64,000 nucleotides of DNA from NCBI GenBank assembly GCA_002269645.1, contig NIVC01000031.1, positions 186,001 to 250,000 of the forward strand, in the 5' to 3' direction. This document shows positions 24,501 through 33,590 of the stretch, piece after piece. Under the pieces are notes generated by a model, which was given only the letters and a program-made list of their open reading frames with translations, was not told where the DNA came from and ran no database searches. Position numbers and translations under genes: made by a program. Each line of letters begins with the position of its first letter. Position 1 is the first letter of the stretch. Origin of the DNA: Macrostomum lignano (Eukaryota).

Positions 24501-27500
24501 GAATTCAATGGGGATTGTACAGTGCATAGAGACCCTGTCAATGTGCAGACATTATGACTAATAGAAAATCAAATTATTTCCTGAATACTGATGACAGACA
24601 GACGGACAGACAGACAGACACAGACAGAAGCTAGCACAGACAATAGCAGGCACTAACACAGACAGACAGACACAAGAAACACACTAACAGGAACTAACAG
24701 ACAGACAGTAAGACAGACTAACAGACACAAAGACACACTAACAGACAGACAGATTAACAGACACAGACAAAAACTAGCACAGACAATACCAGGCACTAAC
24801 ACAGACAGACAGACACTAAGACACACTAACAGGAACTAACAGACAGACAGTAAAACCGACTAATAGACACAAAGACACACTAACAGACAGACAGACTAAC
24901 AGACACAAAGACAGAAACTAGCACAGACAATAGCAGGCACTAACACAGACAGACGGACACTAACACTAAACAATGCATTTTAGCATTCAAGTTCCAACGA
25001 TCCAAAGAGAGGCGGACGGGAAGACAGTGTGAGGCGGAGTCGCGGCATGGCTAAACATCTAAACATGCAGCCGCAGGGTTAAAGCGAGATTTTAGCTGAG
25101 CCAAGCTTTAGCCACGGTAGTTGGGGGGGATGATTATTGTTGCACTTTAAACGCACTGCTGCAAGCTGCTGTCGTTGAAACCAACAAAAGCATCGACCGA
25201 CCGAACAGAGAGTGAGAGGCAGAGAGGAAGACAGGGGGGGGGGGGGGGGGGGGCGGGACAAAGCATGAAAGGCCGCCATCGCAAAAAGCGAAGTCCAGTG
25301 TACCATCTGAACCTTCTAGTTCCACCTTTCCCAAATCCCAACCCCGAATCCCCCAAAAAAACGCACGACACGCCAAACCGTGCATTCCGGATAGCCCGCG
25401 AGTTAGAATACAATTTAAGGGAAAAGCTTAACGGTCTGTTCGAGGAAACTGAACAACAAGAAAATTCTACAGCACCGCCTAGCCTAATAAAACCCTGGTT
25501 GACAATAGATACACCCCTATGCATATCTATATCTAGCCTCGAAATGCTGGTAGATAACGGAGAAGTGGTTAATAAAAGTGATTTATATTTACAGAGAGAG
25601 CTAGAGGCTTGTGAGACACTTGGAGAATTAAAAAATGCCTTGCACACTTTTACTTGACCTGAAGTTCACATGGTCAAATCATTTTAAATCATCAAATTTA
25701 GATCGATTGAGGGTCTGAGATAGTTACAGAGGGTCTGAGATAATTTATTTTTTTTTATTAGAGGCAGGGGGGGGGGGTTGTGTGCACCCTGGCGCACTTT
25801 AAGCGACATAGGCACACAACCGGCGAGAGGCATTACTGCCCATTCCGCCGACTCCCCTGAGCAGGCATACAAGCGCGCGGATACGTACGCAGGCACACAC
25901 CCACACAGGAGTGTACAGCGGCCCTAACTTTATTTATCGTTAGGCATGTACACTTCACTGCGCCTTGGGGGAGTTGGCTCTCAAGGCCGTTAACTGCACG
26001 AGCAGAGCCAAGCCGAGATTCCAATTCAGCTTCAAATTAATGTGACTGCACTTGGAATCGAGCCTGGGTCGCTGGCACACCAGAGCAGCTGCGCTACCGC
26101 TGGGCTACGGCCCCCCTTGTCTAAGATAATTACAGAGGGTCTGAGATAATTACAGAGGGTCTGAGATAATTACAGAGGGTCTGAGATAATTACAGAGGGT
26201 CTGAGATAATTACAGAGGGTCTGAGATAATTATAGAGGGTCTGAGATAATTACAGAGGGTCTGAGATAATTACAGAGGGTCTGAGATAATTATAGAGGGT
26301 CTGAGATAATTACAGAGGGTCTGAGATAATTACAGAGGGTCTGAGATAATTACAGAGGGTCTGAGATAATTACAGAGGGTCTAAGATAATTACAGAGGGT
26401 CTGAGATAATTACAGAGGGTCTGAGATAATTATAGAGGGTCTGAGATAATTATAGAGGGGCTGAGATAATTATAGAGGGTCTGAGATAATTACAGAGGGT
26501 CTGAGATAATTACAGAGGGTCTGAGATTGTGACAGAGTTCGATATGAATATCTAGGCAGTCTTTGTAATGTTATGTTTAAATAAAATTCAGGTGTAGACA
26601 GCCAGGTGAGATAAGATAATGAATTAATTGGATAGCGTATTGCGCAGAGAAGACTGAAATAATTAAGACAAAAGAAAAAAATACACGCGAGGCCACACGC
26701 CCAGCAAGAACTTCTCACCGCGTGAGTCACCGCAGCCATGTCCGCGCCATTGGATGCCAGCACTTTGCAGGCGGCCTCTTGGCCCCAATGGGCGGCCGCG
26801 TGCAACGGAGTCCAACCGTCGCAGTCGCGATCGTTAATATCAACGCCGGGGCATTGCAGCAGAGTGCTCAACACTATTGAGTAGCCTTTAGCGGCGGCCA
26901 CGTGCAGTGGGGAGGCGTGCGATCTGGGATCGCGTACGCAACGATAGCGGCCCTCTTTTAGCCAGGCGCGCGCGTCTTTTTGCATAGCCAGCGCCTCAGC
27001 ATTTCTGGCTCGGTTCTCGTCTATTAGGGCCATGCTCGCCTTCAGCAGCTGCTTCATATCCCAGGATTCTGCCACGTCTATGGGCAGGTCGCCGTCATTG
27101 TTGGCGATGCCCACCTGGGGATGGGGATCGGGCTTTATAGCTTCATTTGGGTCAAGGTGACTGTTCGCGTCAGTCATTTGATCTGGGTCAAGGTACTGTC
27201 TATGTCAGTCATTTGATCTGGGTCAAGGTTACTGTCTATGTGAGTCATTTGATCTGGGTCAAGGTGACTGTCTGCGTGAGTCATTTGATCTGGGTCAAGG
27301 TTACTGTCTACGTGAGTCATTTGATCTGGGTCAAGGTTACTGTCTATGTGAGTCATTTGATCTGGGTCAAGGTTACTGTCTGCGTAAGTCATTTGATCTG
27401 GGTCAAGGTTACTGTCTACGTGAGTCATTTGATCTGGGTCAAAGTTATTCTGTGAGTCATTAGAAAATTAAAGATTTCCTAATCATATTCAATCGACGTC

Positions 27501-29606
27501 TAATTCATCAGTTAAATTATGTCTTACCTTAGCACCTTCTTTAAGTAGGTACTTGGCCACTTCCGTATGGCCACCCAGTGCTGTGGCATGTAGTGGTGTC
27601 CAACCTTCACTATCTCTAGCATGAATATCAGCTCCATGCTCAATTAAAAACTTGATCAGATCCAACTTATTGTCAATGCATGCCTAAAATTTTAGATATA
27701 GTATAATTTTGCATTAGTATATGCATCACTATTTGTATATTTTTAATTAAAGAAACAATAGAAAAAAAATGTAAGTCTAATTTTTCATGCAATAAAGCTT
27801 TTTATCTACTAGACTTTACTTATTTCATTGTATCAAATAGCTTTCCAATTTACTCATTTCTAGTTTACTATTAAAAAAGTAAGAAATATAATCTTTGATA
27901 AGCTATTATTTACTATTTTACAATTAGTTAATTGTTTATAATATATAGTTTATAAGATTTAAAAATTAAACATTATAATAAAAACCTATTTTACTAAAAT
28001 TATATTATTATTGGCCTTCCATCAAGATATATATTAATTCTTTTTTTAGAAATTACCTAGTTACTTTCCATTATTAAATAATTGCTTGAACTTATAAATA
28101 GATGGATCTAAAAACATAGCTAAATAATAAATATAAATTGTGATAGAAAATCACTAAATTTGATACCATGATTATACATAAGTAATATGATAAACCTAAA
28201 AGATTTACAATACATAACTAAAGCATTTTTGTTTTAAAAAATAAATATTTTATCAAATATTTGACTTAGCCTAACTTATACAATCAATGAGCTACAAAAA
28301 TATTAAATTAAAGCCTACAAAAATATTAAAATATTATTTTATGATCCAAATGTACTATTTTGATTCAACAAATTCAATAACAATTCTATTTATTTTAGCA
28401 TAAAAATTATATATTATATTTTTATGCACATGTGACATAATCATTTAATAGATTTTTTATGCTTTGAACATTCTTTAATAGATAATATAGACTTAAAATA
28501 GGAAGGAACACAATTGGAGCATTTTAACTTACTGGGTAAAAAAATGAAAAGTTCCTCATACAGGAAAAATTATTATATAATTGAGGTTAAAGTTGTTATA
28601 ATTGTTATATATTAGAAAAAATTACTTTAGTAGAGTCAATTGAAGTCAATCAAATTTTTAACTTCTAAATAAATTGCTTTTCTTTAGAAGTCAGATAAAA
28701 TTTGGCAATTATTAAGATTGCATATCAATTTAAGTAACTTATAAATATAATATAGACTCTACATACATTGGATAAAAAACAAGAATACATTAATATATAT
28801 ATTATTCAGGCACACTATTAAGCAACTGATTATAAATCTACAGGATTGGAAACATAAAATAAAAATATATAATAGATAAATAATATAGCCCATACTATTT
28901 TTAAAAAATGCCATATTATTTTAACTTACTTTAATTAGATTAGAACAATATAAAATATAAAATGGTCATTTCATTTTTTTCTCTTTATAATATTCTTTTT
29001 GATTGCAATATATATTAAATTTTCTTGGATTTTCTTAGAATGTACTCACCATGTCAATAAAATAAAATGTATGAAAATAAGTATCCAAAAAAGATTCTAC
29101 TGAATAAGCATGTTTTATAATCTCAATAGTCAATACAAGTTAAAGTTAAATTAAGAATAAGCAAACATGCAATATTTATATAAACTAGCATATTTACTCC
29201 TATAATTATAAATAACAAAAATAGTATAATTTTTTTTAAAACAAAAAATATTAAGTAGATTAAAGGGTTATTAAAATGACCATTTCACTATTAACAGCTA
29301 AATGAAACATTGGCTAAAATGTATCACATTTATTCCAAATAAACAAACCTGGTGCAAGGCTGTCAGGCCATCAATGTTACTAGTGTTAATGTCGACCTTG
29401 TCTTTTAGAAATCTCGAAATCTCATCATAATCAGTTGCATTGCATGCAGCAAGAAAAGCAACTTCTGGTTTAAACTTCACTCTTTCTGGGTTTTTTACAC
29501 TTGCTGATGCTTGGTTGGCTTCAGAAGTCTCCCATGCAGTTAGCTGTTCCCTTCTCTTATGCAGATTATTTACAGGCGTCGTAGTACCATTTCCACTGGT
29601 ACCCAT
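3180..29606 (-). CDS. PPP1R12A: Myosin phosphatase targeting subunit (MYPT1/PPP1R12/Mbs family), whole spliced gene, 11-12 coding exons, about 1,010 aa
   Basis: Hand-spliced minus-strand exons join in compatible phase. Family motifs occur in the expected order: RREQLTAW (MyPhoNE), RVKF, ankyrin repeats (GLTALHQ, GWTPLHA, SPLHVAAAKGY, GWTPLHAAAHWG), RRSSVTR, KRATQGV, DYKRLYE, leucine zipper. Which vertebrate paralogue (12A/B/C) is closest cannot be resolved. Confidence 0.93.
4376..4465 (-). CDS. PPP1R12A: MYPT terminal exon A, leucine zipper (SLEQVMRENEKLKAENRALARVVARLSRQ*)
   Basis: CCGCAG acceptor, phase 0, heptad V5/L12/L19/L26, TAA stop. Confidence 0.88.
   Translation of the reverse strand, partial: SLEQVMRENEKLKAENRALARVVARLSRQ
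4701..5620. repeat. (GACA)n microsatellite with GGCA variants and three copies of a GACGACATAAACGCGGAACGCACACA insert
   Basis: Direct reading. Confidence 0.97.
5637..5939 (-). CDS. PPP1R12A: MYPT exon 10, coiled coil (SDSGRGSS...DYKRLYEKEKAANERL...EAQNR)
   Basis: CCTCCCAG acceptor, AGG|GTGAGT donor, 101 codons, family DYKxLYE motif. Confidence 0.9.
6031..6313 (+). mobile_element. tRNA-derived CORE-like SINE family 1, copy 1
   Basis: Degenerate A box, B box GGTTCGATTC, core GTGTCCTTGAGCAAG...CTTCAGTTCACCCATCTGTAAAATGG, (TTA)n tail. Homologous to three other copies here. Confidence 0.85.
6762..7612. repeat. 32-bp minisatellite GAATTGAATACCCCTTGATGGTGAGTTCAGAG
   Basis: Direct reading, about 26 copies. 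Confidence 0.95.
7659..7994 (-). CDS. PPP1R12A: MYPT exon 9, Ser/Gly-rich (EMPLFRATSTPRS...SSDSVDS); 5' boundary uncertain
   Basis: Open frame with TCT|GTGAGT donor. The only phase-0 AG found (CCACAG at 7995-7997) has a poor pyrimidine tract, so the true acceptor may lie up to about 50 nt upstream. Confidence 0.7.
8515..8535 (-). CDS. PPP1R12A: Candidate 21-nt MYPT microexon (GNLLPAQ)
   Basis: CTAAC branch-like motif, CTCTACAG acceptor, CAG|GTAAGA donor, phase 0-0. Confidence 0.5.
8646..9160. repeat. (GACT)n microsatellite
   Basis: Direct reading. Confidence 0.97.
9298..9906 (-). CDS. PPP1R12A: MYPT exon 8 with inhibitory-site region (ESETERRRISRRNRATKRATQGVAQD)
   Basis: CCCACAG acceptor, CAG|GTGAGC donor, 203 codons. 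Motif matches the MYPT1 EESESQRKARSRQARQSRRSTQGV region. Confidence 0.9.
9928..10133. repeat. 19-22-bp minisatellite CACTGCTGTACTGTCATCA(TCA)
   Basis: Direct reading; abuts the exon 8 acceptor. Confidence 0.9.
10318..10883. repeat. 21-bp minisatellite GATCCTTCAGTGACCCTCTCC
   Basis: Direct reading. Confidence 0.93.
10920..11099 (-). CDS. PPP1R12A: MYPT exon 7 (TLLKRMESWQE...LKRHFSAGK)
   Basis: GCGCAG acceptor, AAG|GTTTGA donor (same GTTTG type as exon 1), 60 open codons, phase 0-0. Confidence 0.7.
11261..12590. repeat. (GACA)n microsatellite with GAAA/GGGA variants
   Basis: Direct reading. Confidence 0.97.
13008..13190. repeat. Degenerate 24-bp minisatellite TGGAATAGTCTAGGGCGATGTTTA
   Basis: Direct reading, about 7 copies. 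Confidence 0.8.
13353..13890 (-). CDS. PPP1R12A: MYPT exon 6 (SSVTRVTQSERHDL...poly-Ala...TTPSTSVK)
   Basis: CCATAG acceptor in phase 2 completes RRSSVTR. AAA|GTGAGC donor. 538 nt, open frame. Confidence 0.88.
14041..14330 (+). mobile_element. tRNA-derived CORE-like SINE family 1, copy 2
   Basis: A box TGGCCCAGTGG, B box GGTTCGATTCC, same core and 3' part. Confidence 0.9.
14331..14660 (+). mobile_element. Possible Helitron-like non-autonomous element
   Basis: Starts TATCTAATCTAAATATACT, contains CACCGATTTTGAT, ends with a GC hairpin (GCGGCATATCCGC). A related fragment lies near 16310-16355. Resemblance from memory only. Confidence 0.25.
15271..16134 (+). mobile_element. hAT-like non-autonomous DNA transposon (MITE) containing a GA-rich array
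   Basis: Imperfect terminal inverted repeats GGGGTCGGCAAAC ... CTTTGCCAACCCCTG resemble the CAGGGGT(C/T)GGCAAAC hAT/Charlie-type end. No clean 8-bp TSD found. Confidence 0.7.
15355..16020. repeat. Purine-only GAGAA/GAGAG array
   Basis: Direct reading; lies inside the hAT-like element. Confidence 0.95.
16521..17690. repeat. 16-bp compound minisatellite CATCTCACCCTGTCTC grading into TCTCACACTATCTCAA and back
   Basis: Direct reading. Confidence 0.95.
18085..19795. repeat. 21-bp polypyrimidine minisatellite CTCTTCAATCTCTCCTCTCTT
   Basis: Direct reading, about 80 copies. Confidence 0.97.
18085..19865 (-). mobile_element. Second copy of the hAT-like element, reverse orientation, one end only, with expanded 21-bp array
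   Basis: Reverse complement of 19790-19865 (CAAGGGTCGGCAAAACTTTTTACTTCA...AGATAGAGAATCTA...ACTGCGGGTCACG) aligns with 15272-15345. Confidence 0.65.
20225..22215. repeat. 34-bp minisatellite GATGGATGATAAACACAATTCAGATTGAGGTACA
   Basis: Direct reading, about 58 copies with recurring variant blocks. Confidence 0.97.
22331..22410 (-). CDS. PPP1R12A: MYPT exon 5 (LMKESGKQPIITSMKEDDGSKPYTSRR)
   Basis: TTTTTGTAG acceptor, CG|GTGAGT donor (phase 2), 93-nt upstream intron. Confidence 0.85.
22504..22578 (-). CDS. PPP1R12A: MYPT exon 4 (NQTVFDIAEEELHSLLKELQAKQKE)
   Basis: CCTATTTCAG acceptor, GAG|GTCAGT donor. Completes the last ankyrin repeat. Confidence 0.88.
22725..24222. repeat. 22-bp minisatellite GTCACTGAATCTGGATTGGAAA
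   Basis: Direct reading, about 68 copies. Confidence 0.97.
24596..24965. repeat. Complex GACA/ACTAACA-derived repeat with a longer internal duplication
   Basis: Recurring CTAGCACAGACAATA.CAGGCACTAACACAGACAGAC blocks. Confidence 0.8.
25710..26527. repeat. 20-bp minisatellite GAGGGTCTGAGATAATTACA interrupted by a SINE family 2 copy
   Basis: About 2 copies at 25710-25745 and about 20 copies at 26118-26527. Confidence 0.93.
25744..26116 (-). mobile_element. tRNA-derived SINE family 2, copy 1
   Basis: Minus strand reads GGGGCCGTAGCCCAGCGG (A box)...GGCTCGATTCC (B box-like)...GCCTCTAATAAAAAAAAA. Homologous to 35209-35537. Confidence 0.8.
26719..27114 (-). CDS. PPP1R12A: MYPT exon 3 (VGIANNDGDLPIDVAE...SPLHVAAAKGY...GWTPLHAAAHWGQ...AVTHA)
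   Basis: CCCCAG acceptor, GCG|GTGAGA donor, 132 codons, ankyrin repeats. Confidence 0.92.
27147..27452. repeat. 36-bp minisatellite GAGTCATTTGATCTGGGTCAAGGTTACTGTCTACGT
   Basis: Direct reading, about 8.5 copies filling most of intron 2. Confidence 0.95.
27528..27683 (-). CDS. PPP1R12A: MYPT exon 2 (ACIDNKLDLIKFLIEHGADIHARDSEGWTPLHATALGGHTEVAKYLLKEGAK)
   Basis: TTTTAG acceptor, AAG|GTAAGA donor, 52 codons of ankyrin repeat. Not in the ORF track. Confidence 0.92.
29349..29606 (-). CDS. PPP1R12A: MYPT exon 1 (MGTSGNG...RREQLTAW...RVKF...GLTALHQ)
   Basis: ATG at 29606, 86 codons, donor CAG|GTTTGT, phase 0. Confidence 0.9.
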
Positions 29607-30448
29607 GCCGTTTGGCGTAACTTGCTTATGAATAAAACTCTTTACTGTACTATATTAATTAGGCCTAGTCAACAGTCAACTGGCTGTTTACGAAGTCACT
29701 ATCACGAAAGAGTAACTTTCTTTGATACCACGACTATGCTGAGAAGCAACATTACAAAATTAAGATTTCCTTTTCATAAGTTTTTTATAGTTTTAAGGAA
29801 GCTACATGTTTCAATAAGGAAGTTCAAGTAGCAAGCAAGGAGTGCCTCCTTGTAATGTTAAACTATACTTCTAAGAAACGAATTGTGTAGTTTGAATTAG
29901 CACTATCTTGCAGTTTTCACAACAGTTTAAACAACTATACGTTATTCCAGTATCTTTACATTTGCTTATTTAAAGGAAATTATATAAAGGAAAAAAACAG
30001 TTAAATATATAGCATATCCTACTAACTTAGACTTAAATTGCAATCTTAGTTAGCTTTTCGACAATTTTCCTCTTAATAAGACATCAGCATCGATTAAATA
30101 CGTACCTAATGCGCCGCGAATACCGAATCAACAATGCGTTCGAGACACTAAAACAATTTTTTGCGGTTGAGTGTCACATGTGTTATACCCATGCCATATA
30201 AGGTTAACATAAAATTTACATGATGTGCTCGATCGGATCCATAATGTACGTACTGATTCTTGCGCATTTTTTGGGAATTGTAACCATGTCTCTGAATCCA
30301 CCCATTAATTTTTTGCACTCGGTTGCCGTGGATGTCGATCTCGATCCTCTTAGCCTGCAGTTCTGCAGGCTGGTTTTGCAGCGCTCCATTTTCAATTGCC
30401 CCAGCCAAATCAGCGCACGCGGTATCGTTGCTCTTCATGCGCGGCGCA

Positions 30449-30458
30449 CTGATTGGCT
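30449..30458 (-). promoter_or_regulatory. CCAAT box (AGCCAATCAG) in a CpG-rich patch, candidate MYPT promoter
   Basis: Matches the NF-Y consensus and lies about 850 bp upstream of the ATG. A candidate 5'UTR donor (TAG|GTACGT near 30105) and acceptor (near 29627) lie between. Confidence 0.4.
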
Positions 30459-30544
30459 ATATACATGTACATGTAAGCCTTTCTCCCCTTTCCTCCGTCT
30501 TTTAACAGCTATACAGAGTGCGTGTAGTGTCGCTAATTTACTCT

Positions 30545-30800
30545 GCGCATCCCAAATTAAACGTCTCTCTTGATCATGGAATCCATGTTGGCTTCACTGA
30601 TCTGCGTGTCCCAACACGTCTCTGAATCCATGTCGTCTTCACTCTGCGTGTCCCCAATTAACGTCTCGAACTGAATCCATGTCCGCTTCATTCAACGTGT
30701 CCCAATTAACGTCTCTGAATCCATGTCGTCTTTGCACTCTGCAGTGCGTCCCAATTATAAACGTCTCTGAATCCATGTCGGCTTCACTTTGCGCGTCTTA
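30545..30800. repeat. Degenerate about 43-bp repeat GTCCCAATTAACGTCTCTGAATCCATGTCG...
   Basis: About 5-6 indel-rich copies. Confidence 0.75.
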
Positions 30801-32821
30801 ACGCATCTTGAGCCGTGTCGGCTTCGTCGGCGTGCTCAACGTGCTCAACAATTTACAGCTAGTGTCAGCACGTCCCGAAGCCTGCTGACGTTCATTGTAC
30901 CTATAGTCATAGTTTTCCATGCAGCGAGAGTTCGTGTTATAGACCCATCTGCTATCTCTCTGGAACTAGCTCTATGGTTTGCAACAATAGTCTTCATCTG
31001 TATTTATTCGGCTTATTGTCAAAGCTTATTGCGCAAACTGAAGCATCAACTGAATCGCTGCTCATATAATCGTAGCTCTGATTATTTTCTAAAAGCTAAG
31101 TCATTATTTAAATAACTTCCCTCTATAATTAGCCCTATATACATGTTCGTATATTATTCCATCTACCATGTATTTCGTTGAAAGGGTGAGAATCCAGAAT
31201 TTTTCTCACTTTCGGTTGATTGAAATTTTTTAATTTACATCGCAATTGTTTAAAAGCATAAATATATATATGTACATGTAATTTAATCTTGAACAAATAA
31301 AAATAATTTACTAATTCTCATTTCTTATGCCTAAATTTGTGCCTACATTATACCTGACGAGCTAGTTTTGCCAATCAATCACTTTTTCTTGATTAGGTGA
31401 ATTATTGACTCGTTGACTTTAGGGGCCAGGGGTGTGAGGAGTGTGTAGGGGGTAGTCAACTAAAGCTGGCTGATCAATAATTCTTAAATTCTTAAATAAA
31501 TTCTTAAATTAAAAAAAAACGTTAAAACATTTAAGTCATGCCAGACAAAAGAATGTTTGCATAGTTTTGAATGTTCTAGAAAACAGTTGAAAAAAGTTTT
31601 AAAACGTTGAAATCAAAAAGTTCCGTTAGTATAACTGCATATCAAATTTCTTCCATGCAGAGGGGGTTGTGGATCCAGGTAGGCATTTTCCAGTCGGAGA
31701 GGTTTTCATTTCTATATGTATGTAGCTCGTACAGCAGTATATGGGGTATGTCGGCGAAGACTTATGCTAAGCATATAGTGGACAAAATGCGTCATGCAAG
31801 GTAAAGAGCATTGCGGGCAAATCTAGCTCATGGACTCCAAAAATTCCCCCATATTGCACTAAAGCCTGAGGTCCTGAATCAACCGCAAAAGTCATCACCA
31901 TAATAGTAACAAAAAAGATAGATACAGCCTACTGACTTAAGTAGTAATACCTGCACGTCACTTACAGAGTGAGTAAAGAAATAGAGGATTAAACTATTTT
32001 TTACAGAAAATTTTGCGACTTGCAATTGAAATCTGTCAATCAATAGGAATAATCATATTTCGATCAACATGCAAAATTCGCGAGTGGCAGTGTCTATCAG
32101 ATTGTAGAATCTTCAAATGATAGACAAATCTTGCTATACATTTTACGATAGCTATACTCGCCGATTCTGCGCGAAAATCTCCATGACTGACAAACACGGG
32201 AGGTCATGTCGTGAGGCATTAAAACTCATTTTTGCACCGCGTTACACAAGTTCGAAATTTATCCGAACTAATCCTGCAAACTATGAGGCACAATGAGACC
32301 GATGATCAAAGTTTGAGACCGACCAATCTACTCTAATTTAATTCTCTGATCAATCAATCAGGTCATCTCAAAAGTTTTTGCGCTTATATTTTTGAAACTT
32401 TGATTGCTTTGATTTTTGAAAATTGTGACTTTTTCTAATAATTTACATTGCACAACTATTAAGCTATTATTTAAACGCTTAATTACATGCATCAGCTGTA
32501 AAAATGAGCCCTTCATGGTTATCCCAAACCTACACACACAAAATTTCCCAATGAAGACGAGTTGAAAAATTTGGGAAATCATAAGGATTATTGTGTCCAA
32601 AGATTCGCCAATTTTAGTCAGACCTGGCTTGGAACGGCTTGTAACTCGACGTTGACAGGCTGTCGCTGCACCTGGGTGGGGTAATTATATTTTGTTGAGT
32701 GAATATTATAATTAATGTACATGTGTTCTTTTTTGCTCTGACTAATCATAATTCGTGAACTCGATTATAAATTAAATCAACATTATTTTCTTTATGAGCA
32801 TCTTATTCTGGATTCCAAGTA

Positions 32822-33590
32822 CCACCTGGCTACCATAGACACCTCATGACTACCATATAGACACCCCAACGCTACACTAGACATCCCATTGCTACCGTAG
32901 ACACCTCATGGCTACCATAGACATCTCATGGCTACCATAGACACACAGTGGCTACCATAGACACACAATGGCTACCATAGACACCTCATGGCTACCCTAG
33001 ACACCCCATGGCTATACCATGAGAACTTCATGGCTGCCATAGACACCTCATGGCTACCCTAGACACCCCATGGCTATACCATGGGAACTTCATGGCTGCC
33101 ATAGACACCTCATGGCTACCCTAGACACCCCATGGCTATACCATGGGAACTTCATGGCTGCCATAGACACCTCATGGCTACCCTATAGACACCTCCTGGC
33201 TACCTTAGATATCTCATGGCTCCCATAAACACACAATGGCTACCCTGGACACACAAAAGGCTACCATAGGCACCTCATGGCTGCTATAGGCACCTCATGG
33301 CTGCCATAGACACCCCATGGCTGCCTTAGACACACAATGGCTACCCTATACACACAATGGCTACCATAGGCACCTCATGGCTGCCATAGACACCCCATGG
33401 CTACCATAGGCACCTCATAGCTGCCATAGACACCCCATGGCTACCATAGGCACCTCATAGCTGCCATAGACACCCCATGGCTGCCATAGGCACCTCATGG
33501 CTACAATGGCTACTCTAGACACCTCATGGCTTACCATAGATACACAATGCTACCCTAGACACCTCATGACTACCCTACAAACATCATGGC
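32822..33590. repeat. 20-bp minisatellite GGCTACCATAGACACCTCAT
   Basis: Direct reading. Confidence 0.93.

Noticed and set aside
27115-27455. DSNLDPDQMTH repeat protein as part of MYPT
   Set aside because: Exon 2 and exon 3 join in phase to continue the ankyrin repeat, so the 36-mer array is intronic.
32822-33590. X-box-like reading of the GCTACCATAGACAC repeat core
   Set aside because: About three mismatches to the RFX consensus; not supportable without binding data.
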